A DNA stretch of 63,888 bases, the filler included, from Octopus bimaculoides (Eukaryota), in assembly GCF_001194135.2 (NCBI RefSeq). It is 7 parts of 7 records of this genome, joined end to end, with 100 filler letters (N's around TTAATTAATTAA, not from the genome) between each part and the next. Parts side by side here need not be neighbours in the genome. Positions count along the whole stretch, not along the records: positions 27,934 to 49,601 come from NC_068982.1; positions 49,702 to 59,108 come from NW_026346389.1; 5 more parts are not named here. The stretch is one strand, 5' to 3'. The notes below the pieces were generated by a model, which did no database searches, was not told where the DNA came from, and was given only the letters and a program-made list of their open reading frames with translations. This document shows, piece by piece, positions 37,547 to 51,776 of this stretch. The stretch's first letter is position 1. Each line of letters starts with the position of its first letter. Both the position numbers and the translations under genes were made by a program.

Positions 37547-40500
37547 CATATTGATGCACGTACGAGAACACGCACACACGTAAGCATATATACGGAGAGA
37601 GAGAGACAGAGTGATAGAAAGAGACGAATGAGAGTTGGGTCAGAGAGAGATATGTATGTGTATGTCTGTGTGTGACAAAAACGTTGTTGTTTTGATGCTC
37701 CGCTGTCTCTAAAGATTATTACTAGTGCAAATAAAGATGAATAGATTCAACTCCTATATTTAAAAGTAGATCATAGACAAGACTACATAAATCTGAGTTT
37801 GCGAGTTTCCTCGATAGGTTGTTTCAAGAATAGTTAATTCATGTCGTACGAAAAGGCTTCACACAAGAATCTGGATATGACAATCATGAACTTTGATAAA
37901 ATATAAAGAGCTTAGCTCAAGTTCCATAGATTTTAAAGATTTTTGGAGAAGCAGATTACATGGTATTTATGTTTTTTCCCGAAGAGCAATAACAGCGTGA
38001 CTTGACTGAGAATCGAAAGTATTGCAGACTACGTTTTCTGAGAACTAATTATTCTTTTTCAAAGACACGACGAAGCTACATGTTTAGCTCCCACAAATCA
38101 AATTTATTTCTGCCAAGATTAACAAACACATATGTCCATTGCCAGTCTCAATATTTATATATATATATATATGTATTATTTTTGTTATACACAAATCTTT
38201 TTTTTTTTTTCTCTCAGACATTTCAGATCAATTTTGTCTGACATATTTAGTCAGAACGTACACTCTTTTCACTCTCGCTGCGTCAGAAATACAGTAAACG
38301 AGTCAGTGCCTCATTGGGAACATCATTTGTTCACCAATAGCGTTATAATATAAATGAGTAAAAATACTGGAAATAAGATGCATTATCTTACAAATTAATT
38401 ATCGGACATATTTTGTTATGGCACTATTATTGTATATTTAGGAAAAGACAGAGAAGCGGATTACGGTTTTTCAACGATGGAGCCTGAGTTAGTATTAGCA
38501 ACCAACCAGGCTGAACGTCTTTGATAAAATAAGTCAGCGATGAGTTTCACAACTCAATTTTTCCATAATCTATGCCAAGATGTTTGACCAAGAATATGCA
38601 ACAGTAGAGCTTTTATGCCGCCACTCAAACTTCTTGAAATGTTAGCCAAATCACCCTCAAATCATAACCTATCGTTTTAATCGATGGAAGAGTACACTTA
38701 ATAATGAGTTCTTTTATACATTACTTATAAATAGAAGACGTATCATAAAACATTGAAAGTTTTTGATCATATGTGCAATCGATCAGGGCTGACTTAGGTT
38801 TAAATAGTAACAGTGGTTTTCTTTTAACAATGATGATGCTGAAAATATTTTTATTTATGTCAGAGAAACATTTGATGTTATAGTTTACTTCTCGTTGAAC
38901 CCTACATAAAATTTGGTCCATAAAATATCATTGAAGACGTTTCATAATGCATATATGAGTATATTATCCAAAGTAACCTTTTTTTAATGTAGCAGGGTAT
39001 TTTTAACAATTATTGTTTGCAAGCATAGGAATACGTAGAGATACGTCTTTCTTGTTTTATTTATCACTCTTTTACTCAAAGTACTTGGCAGAAAGTATGT
39101 TGTGAAAAATTATGGGATTTGGTTTAATCTTTTACTGTACGGTACCTACACAAAATTTAAATTCCTTATGCAATGTGTCAAGGAAAAGTTAATCTGACAC
39201 AACATTTCCTATTTCCTGATTACTGACAACGATTACAATAAGGAGATACGAGGACTTAAGTGGAGAGGAGTCAATAAGCCGGAAATGAAAACTGATACGA
39301 AATGCTGGTTTTCCGCGTGGCATCCATTAATGTACAGCACTCAAATACTATTTAAATAACATCCTACAGTTTGGCTTACTTTAAAAAGAGACTTGAGATC
39401 CTAATACCATCTATGTCCTGGACTTTCATCGAAGCAACAGGAACTATATGTAATGCAGTAATTACATAACCCTATTTGAGTTTAGTTGAGCTGAGGTTAT
39501 CGTTTTGGCATTCAGTTTGCCTTATAGTTTTCCATTAGATCAAGTAATATGGAGTTGATGTTTATATGCTTAGCTAGACTGCAATTAGCTACTCGGTAAA
39601 TTAAACCTGGAGCTCAGGAAAGCGACTTAACTATAACAATTATTAACGTCTTCCTATACTATTATAAAATCTTCAGTTGACTGGAGATCATTTATCTGCT
39701 TCATGTGGTTTTGATATCTGTTTATTTACGAACTGACTTTTTTTTCTACTATGGATGGTTTCGTCTACTTTCTGCTTCAGTATTGCATTCAGGAAACTTA
39801 ATTAGCTTGAAGGAGAAACATTGAGTGCAAAATTAAATATTCATAATTAAAGATGGTTATCTCTTCCTTCTCTGTTTCTCTCTTCATTTATGAGTGTGTA
39901 TGCGTGCGAGTCTCTGTGTGTGTGTTTGTGTATGTGTGTGTTTGTGTATGTGTGTGTATGTGTGTGTTTGTGTATGTGTGTGTATGTGTGTGTATGTGTG
40001 TGTATGTGTGTGTATAACTATATCTTTTTTCAAGAGTTTATATTTGCTCTCTTTTTCAATCTCATTCTCAATTAATGTCTTCTATTTTCTCTAATACAAT
40101 CTACCTCTATTCAACTCTTATTTCACTCATTCTCTTCATTACGAACGTACACAACCAAACTCGTCTTCTCCGCCTCTCCTTCTATATATTTTCCCTCATC
40201 TGTTTTCTCTTTCACTCTCATTACTGTTTTCTATTTCGGTATAACATTTTTTTCCTGAAACTCCTTATTTCTACAATTTCTTCTGTCTAAACCTATATAC
40301 ATATATATTTTTCTCTAACTTTGCATGCCTCTACACCAAGCTATTTTACCTCTAAATCTTAACATGCCTCTTAACTTCAATGTATCTATTTTTCCCTACA
40401 TCTTTATATTTCTTGTTTTTGTCTTTAACAAACTTGTGCTCATTTTCTCATTATAATTTCCTATTTTATTTTCATGCTTTTCACTCTCCTGCCACTCTTA

Positions 40501-41001
40501 CTCTTCCATAGTCAGTTTCTTATATTACCTATTCCATGTAAATTACCCTTTCTCGACATCCGCCATCTTTTTCTCTCTCTCTTCCTTTTCTCTCTCTATT
40601 GTTTCTCTCTCTCCCTCCCTCCCTCCCNNNNNNNNNNNNNNNNNNNNNNNNNNNNNNNNNNNNNNNNNNNNNNNNNNNNNNNNNNNNNNNNNNNNNNNNN
40701 NNNNNNNNNNNNNNNNNNNNNNNNNNNNNNNNNNNNNNNNNNNNNNNNNNNNNNNNNNNNNNNNNNNNNNNNNNNNNNNNNNNNNNNNNNNNNNNNNNNN
40801 NNNNNNNNNNNNNNNNNNNNNNNNNNNNNNNNNNNNNNNNNNNNNNNNNNNNNNNNNNNNNNNNNNNNNNNNNNNNNNNNNNNNNNNNNNNNNNNNNNNN
40901 NNNNNNNNNNNNNNNNNNNNNNNNNNNNNNNNNNNNNNNNNNNNNNNNNNNNNNNNNNNNNNNNNNNNNNNNNNNNNNNNNNNNNNNNNNNNNNNNNNNN
41001 N

Positions 41002-41057
<56 letters not shown>

Positions 41058-41775
41058 TGTATATGTGTATGTATATATATGTCTCTCTGTGTGTGTATGT
41101 ACGTATATATGTATACACACATATATGCATTCACACAACACACACATAAACACACACACATATATATGCATATATGTATGTATGTTTGTATGTACACATG
41201 AATGTGGGTGCATGATCAAAGACATGTGTAAGAGGCTAGTAAGCATTAATACACTCATATGCATGATATACACGCACGCATGCACACACACACAAACAGA
41301 AATACACCTGTAAGTGTATTCATATATCAACATTTCGTTTTTGGTTTTGGTATCTAAGTGTACATGTAAGACGTAATAAACACGCACATGCATACATATA
41401 TATGTGTATGTATATAGATATATATATATATATATATANNNNNNNNNNNNNNNNNNNNNNNNNNNNNNNNNNNNNNNNNNNNNNNNNNNNNNNNNNNNNN
41501 NNNNNNNNNNNNNNNNNNNNNNNNNNNNNNNNNNNNNNNNNNNNNNNNNNNNNNNNNNNNNNNNNNNNNNNNNNNNNNNNNNNNNNNNNNNNNNNNNNNN
41601 NNNNNNNNNNNNNNNNNNNNNNNNNNNNNNNNNNNNNNNNNNNNNNNNNNNNNNNNNNNNNNNNNNNNNNNNNNNNNNNNNNNNNNNNNNNNNNNNNNNN
41701 NNNNNNNNNNNNNNNNNNNNNNNNNNNNNNNNNNNNNNNNNNNNNNNNNNNNNNNNNNNNNNNNNNNNNNNNNNN

Positions 41776-41816
<41 letters not shown>

Positions 41817-42583
41817 TCTCTCTCTCTCTCTCTCTCCCAGAGCTTACATTAATCCGTTATCTAGATAACTCGATAGGAAAGAAGTTAATTTGCGAATGTT
41901 CGTCGTAGCTTTAACGCGAAGGATGATTAGTAGATTATGGCAAAAAGTAGTAAACACTCATATTAACAAACAAACCAAAAATCAAACAAAAATAAAAGAC
42001 AGAATAATTTTTACTATGGAAACACACGCTGACTTGTTTGTTGAGTTCCCCAGCAACCAATCATAATTTTTGTCATTATATGCTTCTTGGATAAAGCACA
42101 TGGACAGCCAAATCCATATTGTGTTTAATACGGTCGCTGTTCTTGTTCTTATTTTAGCTTGTCTACTCTCCCTTATTACATACATATTTTCCCCATAGCT
42201 GTAATTAATTTCATAACTATATGCAAACGAAACACAAATTACACACGGCTCCGTGTGCGCACAGCCTTCAAAAACATTTTCTCGAAGTATCTATTTTATA
42301 AGAACTAATAGAAAAGGAGAAAATTATTTGGCCATTTTTCGAACATCTGTCGGTTTCATGATACTGAGAGACACTGTTGTCATTATTGATGTTGCATTTG
42401 TTGTTGTTGGTGATGGTTTATTGTTGTTATTCGTATGATGGTGACGATTTTAAAATTTTATTCTATTGAGGATTTATTCTATTGAGCACGACTAAAAAGA
42501 ATTTTTTTTCCTGATCGACTCCTTGACAAATTGAACTCTTCATGTTCTCTTGAATTTGGAACCAATATATATCTATCTATCTA

Positions 42584-42630
<47 letters not shown>

Positions 42631-43570
42631 ATTTGTCCATATGTCATATTCGTTTTAGAAGAAAAATAATTATTGCATTTTTGAAATATAATAATATATT
42701 GTATTCTTTATATTGATATATTACATAAACAGAAGTTCGAGCTCATTCCAAGATTGTTCTATGTTATGCTGTAGAGCTTGGGCTTCTGGTTAACAAATGA
42801 TCAAATATAAGATTCTGCAAGGTTTGTGTATATTTGGAGAAATTATTAGAAACAGAAAGCAAAATTTCGCTGAAGGTCCATCTTCTTGATGTTATACCTC
42901 TTCGTTATACCCCTTATTCGATTGTGGTCGCCAGTGACACACAATGCATTACAAGTGATATTAGTTTCATTATTAATGGCGTAAATAAAGTGAAGTATTT
43001 TCAACAGGTAATCTAAACGTGCTATGTAAATATAACTAGAAATTATTTGTTACTCTAAAGAGTACAATAACCGTAAATATCTTGACGAAATTGTGACAAA
43101 GGTAGCTGGGAGAGTGGACATGCGATTAGATTACCAACCCATTAGTCATTGTTTCGAATACGATGCTTGCTTTCTTTGAAATTGACACCGGATCAATCTG
43201 GGAGGGCTTACTTCGAATGAAGAATCCATGTATAACTTATAGCTGGCTTGGCATGACTCCGATTCCTGGCACTGATAACGGGAATACGTGTATTGTTTGT
43301 GGGTACATCAGTTCATTCCTTTTTAAAATAAAGCATCATGGATTGATACCCATAACCAAGTGCAGAGCATTCTCGTGTGCTATTTCTCATGAAGTCAAAT
43401 GTGTATTTTAATAGCAGATGGCATGTACACAATCAAAACAAAATAAATTTTCTACAAAGCAATTATATGTGGTAAAATAAATTCTAAAACTAATGTTCTT
43501 TAAGTTTTATGACGGTTAAAACGTTCAATTGTGGTTAGCTTAATTAGAATGTTACCCTCCATAAATTTTA

Positions 43571-44778
43571 CGAGGGTAGGCTGAAATTTCCATAGGCTAA
43601 CTATAAAGGAGCGATGCTAGAGCTGTTAAATCTTGCAACCATTAATTTTATCTGTTCTATCTATAACTGCATTTTTTATTTCCAAGTAAACTGGTGTCTG
43701 ACTGTTCAAAGGAGCCTTCAAATACGACTTCTGAAAATTTGTCATCGTCGTATTATCAAGTCAAGTACCCACAGAAAATGGCTTAGCTCCAGAGATATTT
43801 ATGCTGACATGGTTACGATATTAAGACACTCCAACTTTATCAAAAAGAAAAAATTTATACCGGGATTTAGGAGAGGAAGGGTAGTCTTGAAGATGATCCA
43901 GGTTCTGGGCGTCCTACAACGGTCACTACCGAAAAAAACGATAGTGTTAACCACCTATGGATGAATAACAGGCGAGTGATTATAAATCAAATAGCTAATG
44001 CTATTAGTATATACTATTAGAAAGTTGAGAATAATTTGCTATGAACGAAGTTTTATGCTTGGTGGGTGCCACGTCTTCTGATGCTTGATCAAAAGCGCAC
44101 CAAGCTGATCAAATCACGAGAAAATCTGACATGCGCTGAAGCAGATCCAACTGGTTTCCTTGAATATTTCCTAACTCGGGATGAGCGTTAGATTCATCAC
44201 TTTGAGCTAGAGACAAAGAAACAATCCATGAAGTGGAAACCTCCCTTCTCATCTGTTCCAAAGAAGACCAAGGTCCTGCTGGCTTCAGATTTTGGGGATG
44301 CAAAAGATTCTAGATTTATTGACTATCTTGAAAATGGTCACACTTTCAATGGAATGTACTATGCCAACTTTCTGAGGCGGTCACGAAAGATTATCAGGAC
44401 CAAAAGCCTAGGAAAATTGATAAAAGTGGTCGCGTTTCCTCGGCACATTGCTCCAGCACACGAGTCTTTGGTTTCAATGCCTACTGTGCATGACTGTGGT
44501 TTTGAACTGGTTGATCACTCTCCCTATTCTCTTGATTTCGCCATATCTATCATCTGTTGCCCAACATCATTAAACACTTGGCTGAGAGCCAGTATCGCAA
44601 TGACAGCATCATATCTGCTGTTGATGACATTTTTTGACCAACAGGACGAAAGATTCTTCACCGATGGGACCCAAGCTGTGCAACACTGATGGAAGAAGTA
44701 TGTGGACTGACAGGGTGAGTCTATTGATAAATAAAACTCACTTGGTTACATTTCATGAGAGTGTCTTGGCCAGCCCAT
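43571..44778 (+). mobile_element. Decayed near-full-length mariner (DD34D-type) transposon
   Basis: TA + CGAGGGTAGGCTGAAATTTCCATAGGCT left TIR. Frameshifted text SLEDDPGSGRP, WVPRLL, TRDER*IHHFELETKKQSMKW, IDYLENGHTFNGMYYANFL, DHSPYSLDFA. The right TIR is truncated after CAGCCCAT. Confidence 0.9.
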
Positions 44779-45788
44779 CATTTGTGATGGCCGAGGTTAT
44801 ATTTAAATTATTTCCATATGACCATAGTCAGGCTCTCCGCTTTAGTGGCTTTCTAGATAAAAAATATATCTAGTTTCAACGTCTCAAGACGTGGAAATAT
44901 CTTCTAGTTTAATCCAATTTTCAGCTTAAATATAAAACCCAACATCGCAAGAAGATTCTTTAATTTAATATCATTTTTTCACATCTCAGCGAGACATATT
45001 AATTAAGATTAATTTAAGAAATTGGCTTTGTTTGATCATTATAATTCAAATAGACAATTCAGCGTAAACGGTAATATTTCATTGCCTACATGTAATAGTA
45101 ACTTTCCTCCTTAGAGAAAAGAAAAATTAAAGGTATAGTGTACCATGTGAAAGTACCGAAGTTCTTTTGAAGCATGCAAAGAATAGGGGAAGAATATATT
45201 TCAAGATGCGCTTTACCAGCATGGGGAATCCTTTAGTTATATACATGCTCGTGGGTTCCACGAGTTTAATTATTTACATATAGCTTAAATAATTTTGTCG
45301 TATTTTAAAATACAATAAGGGTTTTTGGAACAAAATATCCCATGGAAACATGGTTCCCACTAGTCAGTTTTAAAGTATGATTTAATGTCAGTGAAAAGTT
45401 CTTACTTGTCTTGCAAGAACATCTGCAATTCAATAAAAAAAACTCTGAATTTTTGCATTGGTATGAGCAAATATTGAAATACTGTATAACAACTTACCCC
45501 ATTATGTGTTAAATCTTCGGAACTAATGCCTTGAAATATTTTATATTTAGTCACCATTTACCGATTAATCACGAACTCCCGGAACTGGAGAATCATGTGC
45601 AATTTGCACGTGATGACTTTAACTATACTTACCTAAATCTTCAAGGATTTTCCATAGCTATTTTCTTAATTTCTTCCTCCTTCGTTGTTCTTTATTCTTC
45701 TCTTCTCTTGCTCTTCTTGCATTCTTTTTTCATTCTGCAGTCTTTCTCTCTCAATCCCCCTCTCTCTCTCTCTCTGTCTCTCTTTCTA

Positions 45789-45819
<31 letters not shown>

Positions 45820-48722
45820 TAAAACATCTGCTCATATAATTTGATTTCTTTTTTCCTCGGAAAGTGTTTCAACTGCTTTTCTTCTTCCTTTGTATCAAAT
45901 GTTCCCGTTGCGTTTTATTTAATATTCTGCACTGATGTTTGCACATACACACACACACACACACACACAAGTACTCACACACACACACACACACACGAAC
46001 ACACACACACACACGCACGCACACACACACACACATACATACTTACACACACGCAGACACTCACACAAATTACTCACACACTTATGTATATATAAATATA
46101 TGCATAATAGACTATAATGCAAAAATTTATCTTTTGTTTCAAAATTATGAGGCAATTTCAATCATTCAAAATTCACTTTTAATGTTCCGTATCTGTTATA
46201 TATTTAAAGATGTTCCTAATATTATATTTTGTATTAACGTATTGGACACGAGAAACATTGAGTAATGATTTGTGAACTCTCATGTTCTAATAGAATATAT
46301 TTTATTTTACTTTTACTATTCAGCTATTTGTTCACATTTGTGTCCCCATGTGTGAGTGTGTATGTTTATTTGTGTGTGTGAGCGGCGCGTGTGTTTGTGC
46401 GCGCGTGTGTGCCTGTGTATGTATATGTGCGCGTGTCTGTATGTGAGACAGTGTGTGCACGCATGTGTGAACGCATGTATGCTTGTGTGAGTGCGTGTAT
46501 ATGTATGTATAAATGTATGCATTGAAATATGTGTACATGCATGTATGTACGTATGTACATATATATTAGTTTTTGACTTTATTTTGGGAAAATAAATCGT
46601 ATTTTTTATGATGTTACACTGAAACTTAATCACGAGACTAGTGTTTCAGGTCTATTTTTGTATAAAAAATTTGAAAATAAATAGAAGAGGTAAATGCAGA
46701 GAGATAATAATATAACAATATCAACTCACAATTACCTGGCTTAAAAAAATCCTAAAAAGATAAAGGCCTCAAAAAAGCAATAATTTTCTAGGCATGAAAT
46801 AATTCGGCTTCAAAAAGCGTGTGAAACAATTATATGCACGAAAGCAATTCTTTATTTTCGTCGTGTTATTTTCAACATAATGTGTTTGCAGATGAAAAAC
46901 TTTTGCAGTTATTGCCGTCTTGTAAAATAGATATTATAGAAAAATGCCAATGTGAACCGTTCGCATCTACAAATTGTTGAAAATTTTTCAGTTGCCAAAT
47001 ATTTCGCTCTGCCTCTTTTACAAATTGTGTCAATATTTACACAGAGAGATATATATCCACCTGCGAGCGTTTGTTTTCCTTTTGGTTTAGCCTAATGCCA
47101 ACCAAAAATTAGGAAATGAATGATCAAAGGTGACCAGCATGTCTTTTCCATTGTACTCACGACTATGTGTTTAATATTACAACAATATATCTTCTTTCGA
47201 ACAGCAGAATGCTATCCAAGTTATATCTTCGGACAGGGCAATAATCGGACGAGGTCGTAAAGTGCAACCGTGCACCACCCGGTAATAGCTCAGGCTCAAA
47301 TAACGTGGATGCTTCAAGAAAAAACGGGAATAAAATACGAGTAGTATGTTAAGAAACATACTAAGAGGAAAGCCAATAATTCCGTTCATGGAATTTGGAT
47401 TTTGTCCCTTTACTTCGTCAAGTGAAGAATATTGATATGTTGAGTGTTTAATGTTTTTTAACTAGGTGTTTTCATTTAAAAATCTGTGTCTAATGTGGGT
47501 AGTGGAATGGGTGTCGGTTAAAGTACGTTAAACGGAGTATGTAATCTTGCGAGGTGGTGAGGTGTCTTGTCGAGATACATATATCTACATCTAGTAAAGG
47601 TTTCTTATCTCAAGTTTAGAAATTGTTCGACCTAATAAGGATGTTTACTCTTTCACGTTTAAAAAACCTGCATTTTAGAGAATCGTTGATATATGGCCCT
47701 GATTCTCTCCCTCATGCTTCACTTAATGAGGTGATATATACCACTGTTGGTCAGATTCCACCAGATATGGCTCGCTAGCTTGCTTACGAGTTTGATAGAC
47801 TAGTGAATGTTGTATTTTTTGAAGCCACTTTCGCTTAGTCCAATATATTCCTTTCGGCTCCTTTCTTTGGCTAGACGGAGGAGGCCTTAATTTTGTACAC
47901 CACTGAGCTCACACAATGCATGCCTAGTCTAGTGGGTATGTAAGTCGGATACTGAAGTTTCAGTCTGGAGTAGACATCTTGGTTGGGTTACGTATATCAA
48001 GGTTGTAACTGAAGAAAATATTTCTGCACTTTCTATTGGATCCTTTCTTAAAACTATGGCTATGAGAAAAGCATTTATCTATCAGGACTACAAATGTTTT
48101 ACCTGCATTCGCCTTAAAATTCAAGAAAGGGGCAACCATATAATTTTTCCTGGTCTATTTCATTTTTAGGTTTGGTTCTTTTTTTAGGTCATAAAGTATG
48201 TAATTTTGTCTTTAAACTACTGTCGACTACCTTATCAAAAATGTCTTTAGAGTAATAAAGATTAGAGATCCTATTGGCAATGTTAGCTAAAGGATTTCTG
48301 AAGATGATAGTTTGGTGGAAAGTTTGTATATATGTATATATGTTTGTATATAAGTTTCTGTTATCGAACTGGAAGGAACAAAGACAATTTAACACACACT
48401 ATATTCTTCGCCTCATTGCACTATCCACATAAAACATCGATGTTACATTCTCAGATGACAACATCTAGATAAAAAACATTAAAGACCCAACATTAAAAGG
48501 GCAACTCCTGGATTTCATAAACATAATTATTCCTCTTTCTCTTAGTACGTATGTTGAGGATTCCGTATCGCTTATGCATAATTTTTTTAATTATTTCTCC
48601 TATTTGTTCCGGGTGTAGACATGCTAGTCCAGCTTGAAATAGTGCTGGTTCGTGTACGATACGCTATACAAGCTCATATGATTACAGCCCTTTCTCAGCA
48701 TGAAACTTGAAGTAGCCATGTA

Positions 48723-48800
<78 letters not shown>

Positions 48801-49701
48801 GCATCGAGATCCATAAATGTGTATGCATATATTATTTACGCATGAGGCACGCATCTATCCATCCCCATATGATTGTATCTATCTATAAAAAAGCAATTTT
48901 TATTGCTTTCATGTCCGTTGACAAGGAAAGACAACCGCTATGAAAGGCATAGTATATAAATCTGAATGACCAAGAGAGTTCAGTTTGAAACTAGATTTAC
49001 TCATATAATCTAGCAGGAGAATTTAAAGCTAAGTACATAAATAAAATATCACTTGACTCAAACGAGACGGTTGTCCTAAGTGTATTACTTGATTACTTGA
49101 CGCAAATTTGTAAACGCTATTTTTGTCTTTCAATTAACAATTTAGCAATTAGGCTTCTCTTAATTTAAACCAATATGAAACCAATAAATAACCCATATAT
49201 AAGAAAGGCGTGTGTGTGTTTGTGAGTGTGTGTGTGTGTGTGTGTGTGTGCCACTGTGCACGCGTGCGTCACTGTCGGTTTCATGGTCGATGCCGGATTG
49301 AATCTTTGATTCCTTTTCGCCTATAAAACTCTGAATAATTGCCTCTTTACTCACATACTACATATATATATAGGAAAATAATAAGATAAAATAAAAAGAG
49401 AGAGAATATATATAGTCAGTTCAAATAAACGAACAATAAGATTATCAATAACAAACAAGATGATATGCACAAAGTGTATATTAGTTTGATGTTCAGTAAA
49501 GCCAAAGAGTGTTTGAATTTTCGAGCATAGCCCTTCGTCGGAAAGGAAAAACGCAAAAGTCCAAAAAGGAAAAGAAATAGCCAACACCATGTACGTAGTT
49601 ANNNNNNNNNNNNNNNNNNNNNNNNNNNNNNNNNNNNNNNNNNNNTTAATTAATTAANNNNNNNNNNNNNNNNNNNNNNNNNNNNNNNNNNNNNNNNNNN
49701 N

Positions 49702-49747
<46 letters not shown>

Positions 49748-49753
<6 letters not shown>

Positions 49754-49958
49754 CTGTGTTTGTCCCCCCACCATTGCTTGACAACCGATGGTGGTGTGTT
49801 TACGTCCCCGTAACTTAGCGGTTCGGCAAAAAGAGACCGATAGAATAAGTACTAGGCTTCCAAAGAATAAGTCCTGGGGTCGATTTGCTCGACTAAAGGC
49901 GGTGCTCCAGAATGGCCGCAGTCAAATGTCTGAAACAACTAAAAGTGTAAAAGAGTAT
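49748..49958 (+). mobile_element. SINE family A 3' half (5' half in the gap)
   Basis: Follows (TG)n: GTCTGTGTTTGTCCCCCC...GGCGGTGCTCCAGAATGGCCGCAGTCAAATG. Confidence 0.88.
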
Positions 49959-51401
49959 ATATGTTTATACAAAAAGGTCCGACTTACACAGAATAGGAAG
50001 GATATCAGGAATTAAAGGGGTTGAAGAAGAGTATTACAGATCCAACAGTAGTTTCTGGGAGCTCGGCGGTCCAAAATAATGGTTGTAAAATGATTCCGAC
50101 GTTGGATGATACCGGCCTCCGTCTTCAGGGAAGAAATCTTACATTTGAGGTGTTAATAATAAAGAGATTAAAGATGGAATGATTTTGTGAAGAGTTAAGT
50201 ATATAATAGGGATCCACTGTATTGATATAAACGATAATGGATCGACCTCTAGAATTCCTCAGTGTTCGTCGAATATATAACAAATGAAAGAAAGAGAAAA
50301 TGGAAATGCAGAGATTCTTTATTGGTCACAACGGTCGCTTCGTCTCATCTTGCATCGGTCCCTCGCGTGTGAGATACAATATAACCGGTTAAGGTACATC
50401 CTTCAGTGGAGATAGGCCTCGTCAGGTGATTNNNNNNNNNNNNNNNNNNNNNNNNNNNNNNNNNNNNNNNNNNNNNNNNNNNNNNNNNNNNNNNNNNNNN
50501 NNNNNNNNNNNNNNNNNNNNNNNNNNNNNNNNNNNNNNNNNNNNNNNNNNNNNNNNNNNNNNNNNNNNNNNNNNNNNNNNNNNNNNNNNNNNNNNNNNNN
50601 NNNNNNNNNNNNNNNNNNNNNNNNNNNNNNNNNNNNNNNNNNNNNNNNNNNNNNNNNNNNNNNNNNNNNNNNNNNNNNNNNNNNNNNNNNNNNNNNNNNN
50701 NNNNNNNNNNNNNNNNNNNNNNNNNNNNNNNNNNNNNNNNNNNNNNNNNNNNNNNNNNNNNNNNNNNNNNNNNNNNNNNNNNNNNNNNNNNNNNNNNNNN
50801 NNNNNNNNNNNNNNNNNNNNNNNNNNNNNNNNNNNNNNNNNNNNNNNNNNNNNNNNNNNNNNNNNNNNNNNNNNNNNNNNNNNNNNNNNNNNNNNNNNNN
50901 NNNNNNNNNNNNNNNNNNNNNNNNNNNNNNNNNNNNNNNNNNNNNNNNNNNNNNNNNNNNNNNNNNNNNNNNNNNNNNNNNNNNNNNNNNNNNNNNNNNN
51001 NNNNNNNNNNNNNNNNNNNNNNNNNNNNNNNNNNNNNNNNNNNNNNNNNNNNNNNNNNNNNNNNNNNNNNNNNNNNNNNNNNNNNNNNNNNNNNNNNNNN
51101 NNNNNNNNNNNNNNNNNNNNNNNNNNNNNNNNNNNNNNNNNNNNNNNNNNNNNNNNNNNNNNNNNNNNNNNNNNNNNNNNNNNNNNNNNNNNNNNNNNNN
51201 NNNNNNNNNNNNNNNNNNNNNNNNNNNNNNNNNNNNNNNNNNNNNNNNNNNNNNNNNNNNNNNNNNNNNNNNNNNNNNNNNNNNNNNNNNNNNNNNNNNN
51301 NNNNNNNNNNNNNNNNNNNNNNNNNNNNNNNNNNNNNNNNNNNNNNNNNNNNNNNNNNNNNNNNNNNNNNNNNNNNNNNNNNNNNNNNNNNNNNNNNNNN
51401 N

Positions 51402-51776
51402 ACTTGTTTCAGTCATTTGACTGCGGCCATGCTGGAACACCACCTTGAAGGGTTTTAGTCGAACAAATCGGCCTCAGAACTTATTTTTAAAGCCTAGTAC
51501 TTATTCTATCGGCTCTCTTTTGCTGAACCGCTAAGTTATGGGGACGTAAACACACCACCACCAGTTGTCAAGTGGTGATAGAGGGACAAACACACACACA
51601 CATATATATATGCGAAGGGCTTCTGTCAGTTTCCGTCTACTAAATCGGCTCAGAAGGCTTTGGTTCGCCCGAGGCTGTTGTAGAAGACACTTGCCCAAGG
51701 AGCCATGCAGTGGAACTGAACCCGGAACTATATGGTTGGGAAGCAAGCTTCTTATCTCACAGCCACTCCTGCGCCT
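51402..51776 (-). mobile_element. SINE family A full copy
   Basis: Reverse complement from the head GGCGCAGGAGTGGCTGTGAGATAAGAAGCTTGC through CCTTGGGCAAGTGTCTT and the internal microsatellite to the tail. Confidence 0.9.

Noticed and set aside
42834-43016. ORF ending in a CAG|GTAATC donor, considered as an upstream CERK exon
   Set aside because: It shows no resemblance to the CERK PH-domain region.
47180-47320. Minus-frame FEPELLPG resembling TBP YEPELFPG
   Set aside because: Similarity stops after a few residues and no convincing splice sites were found.
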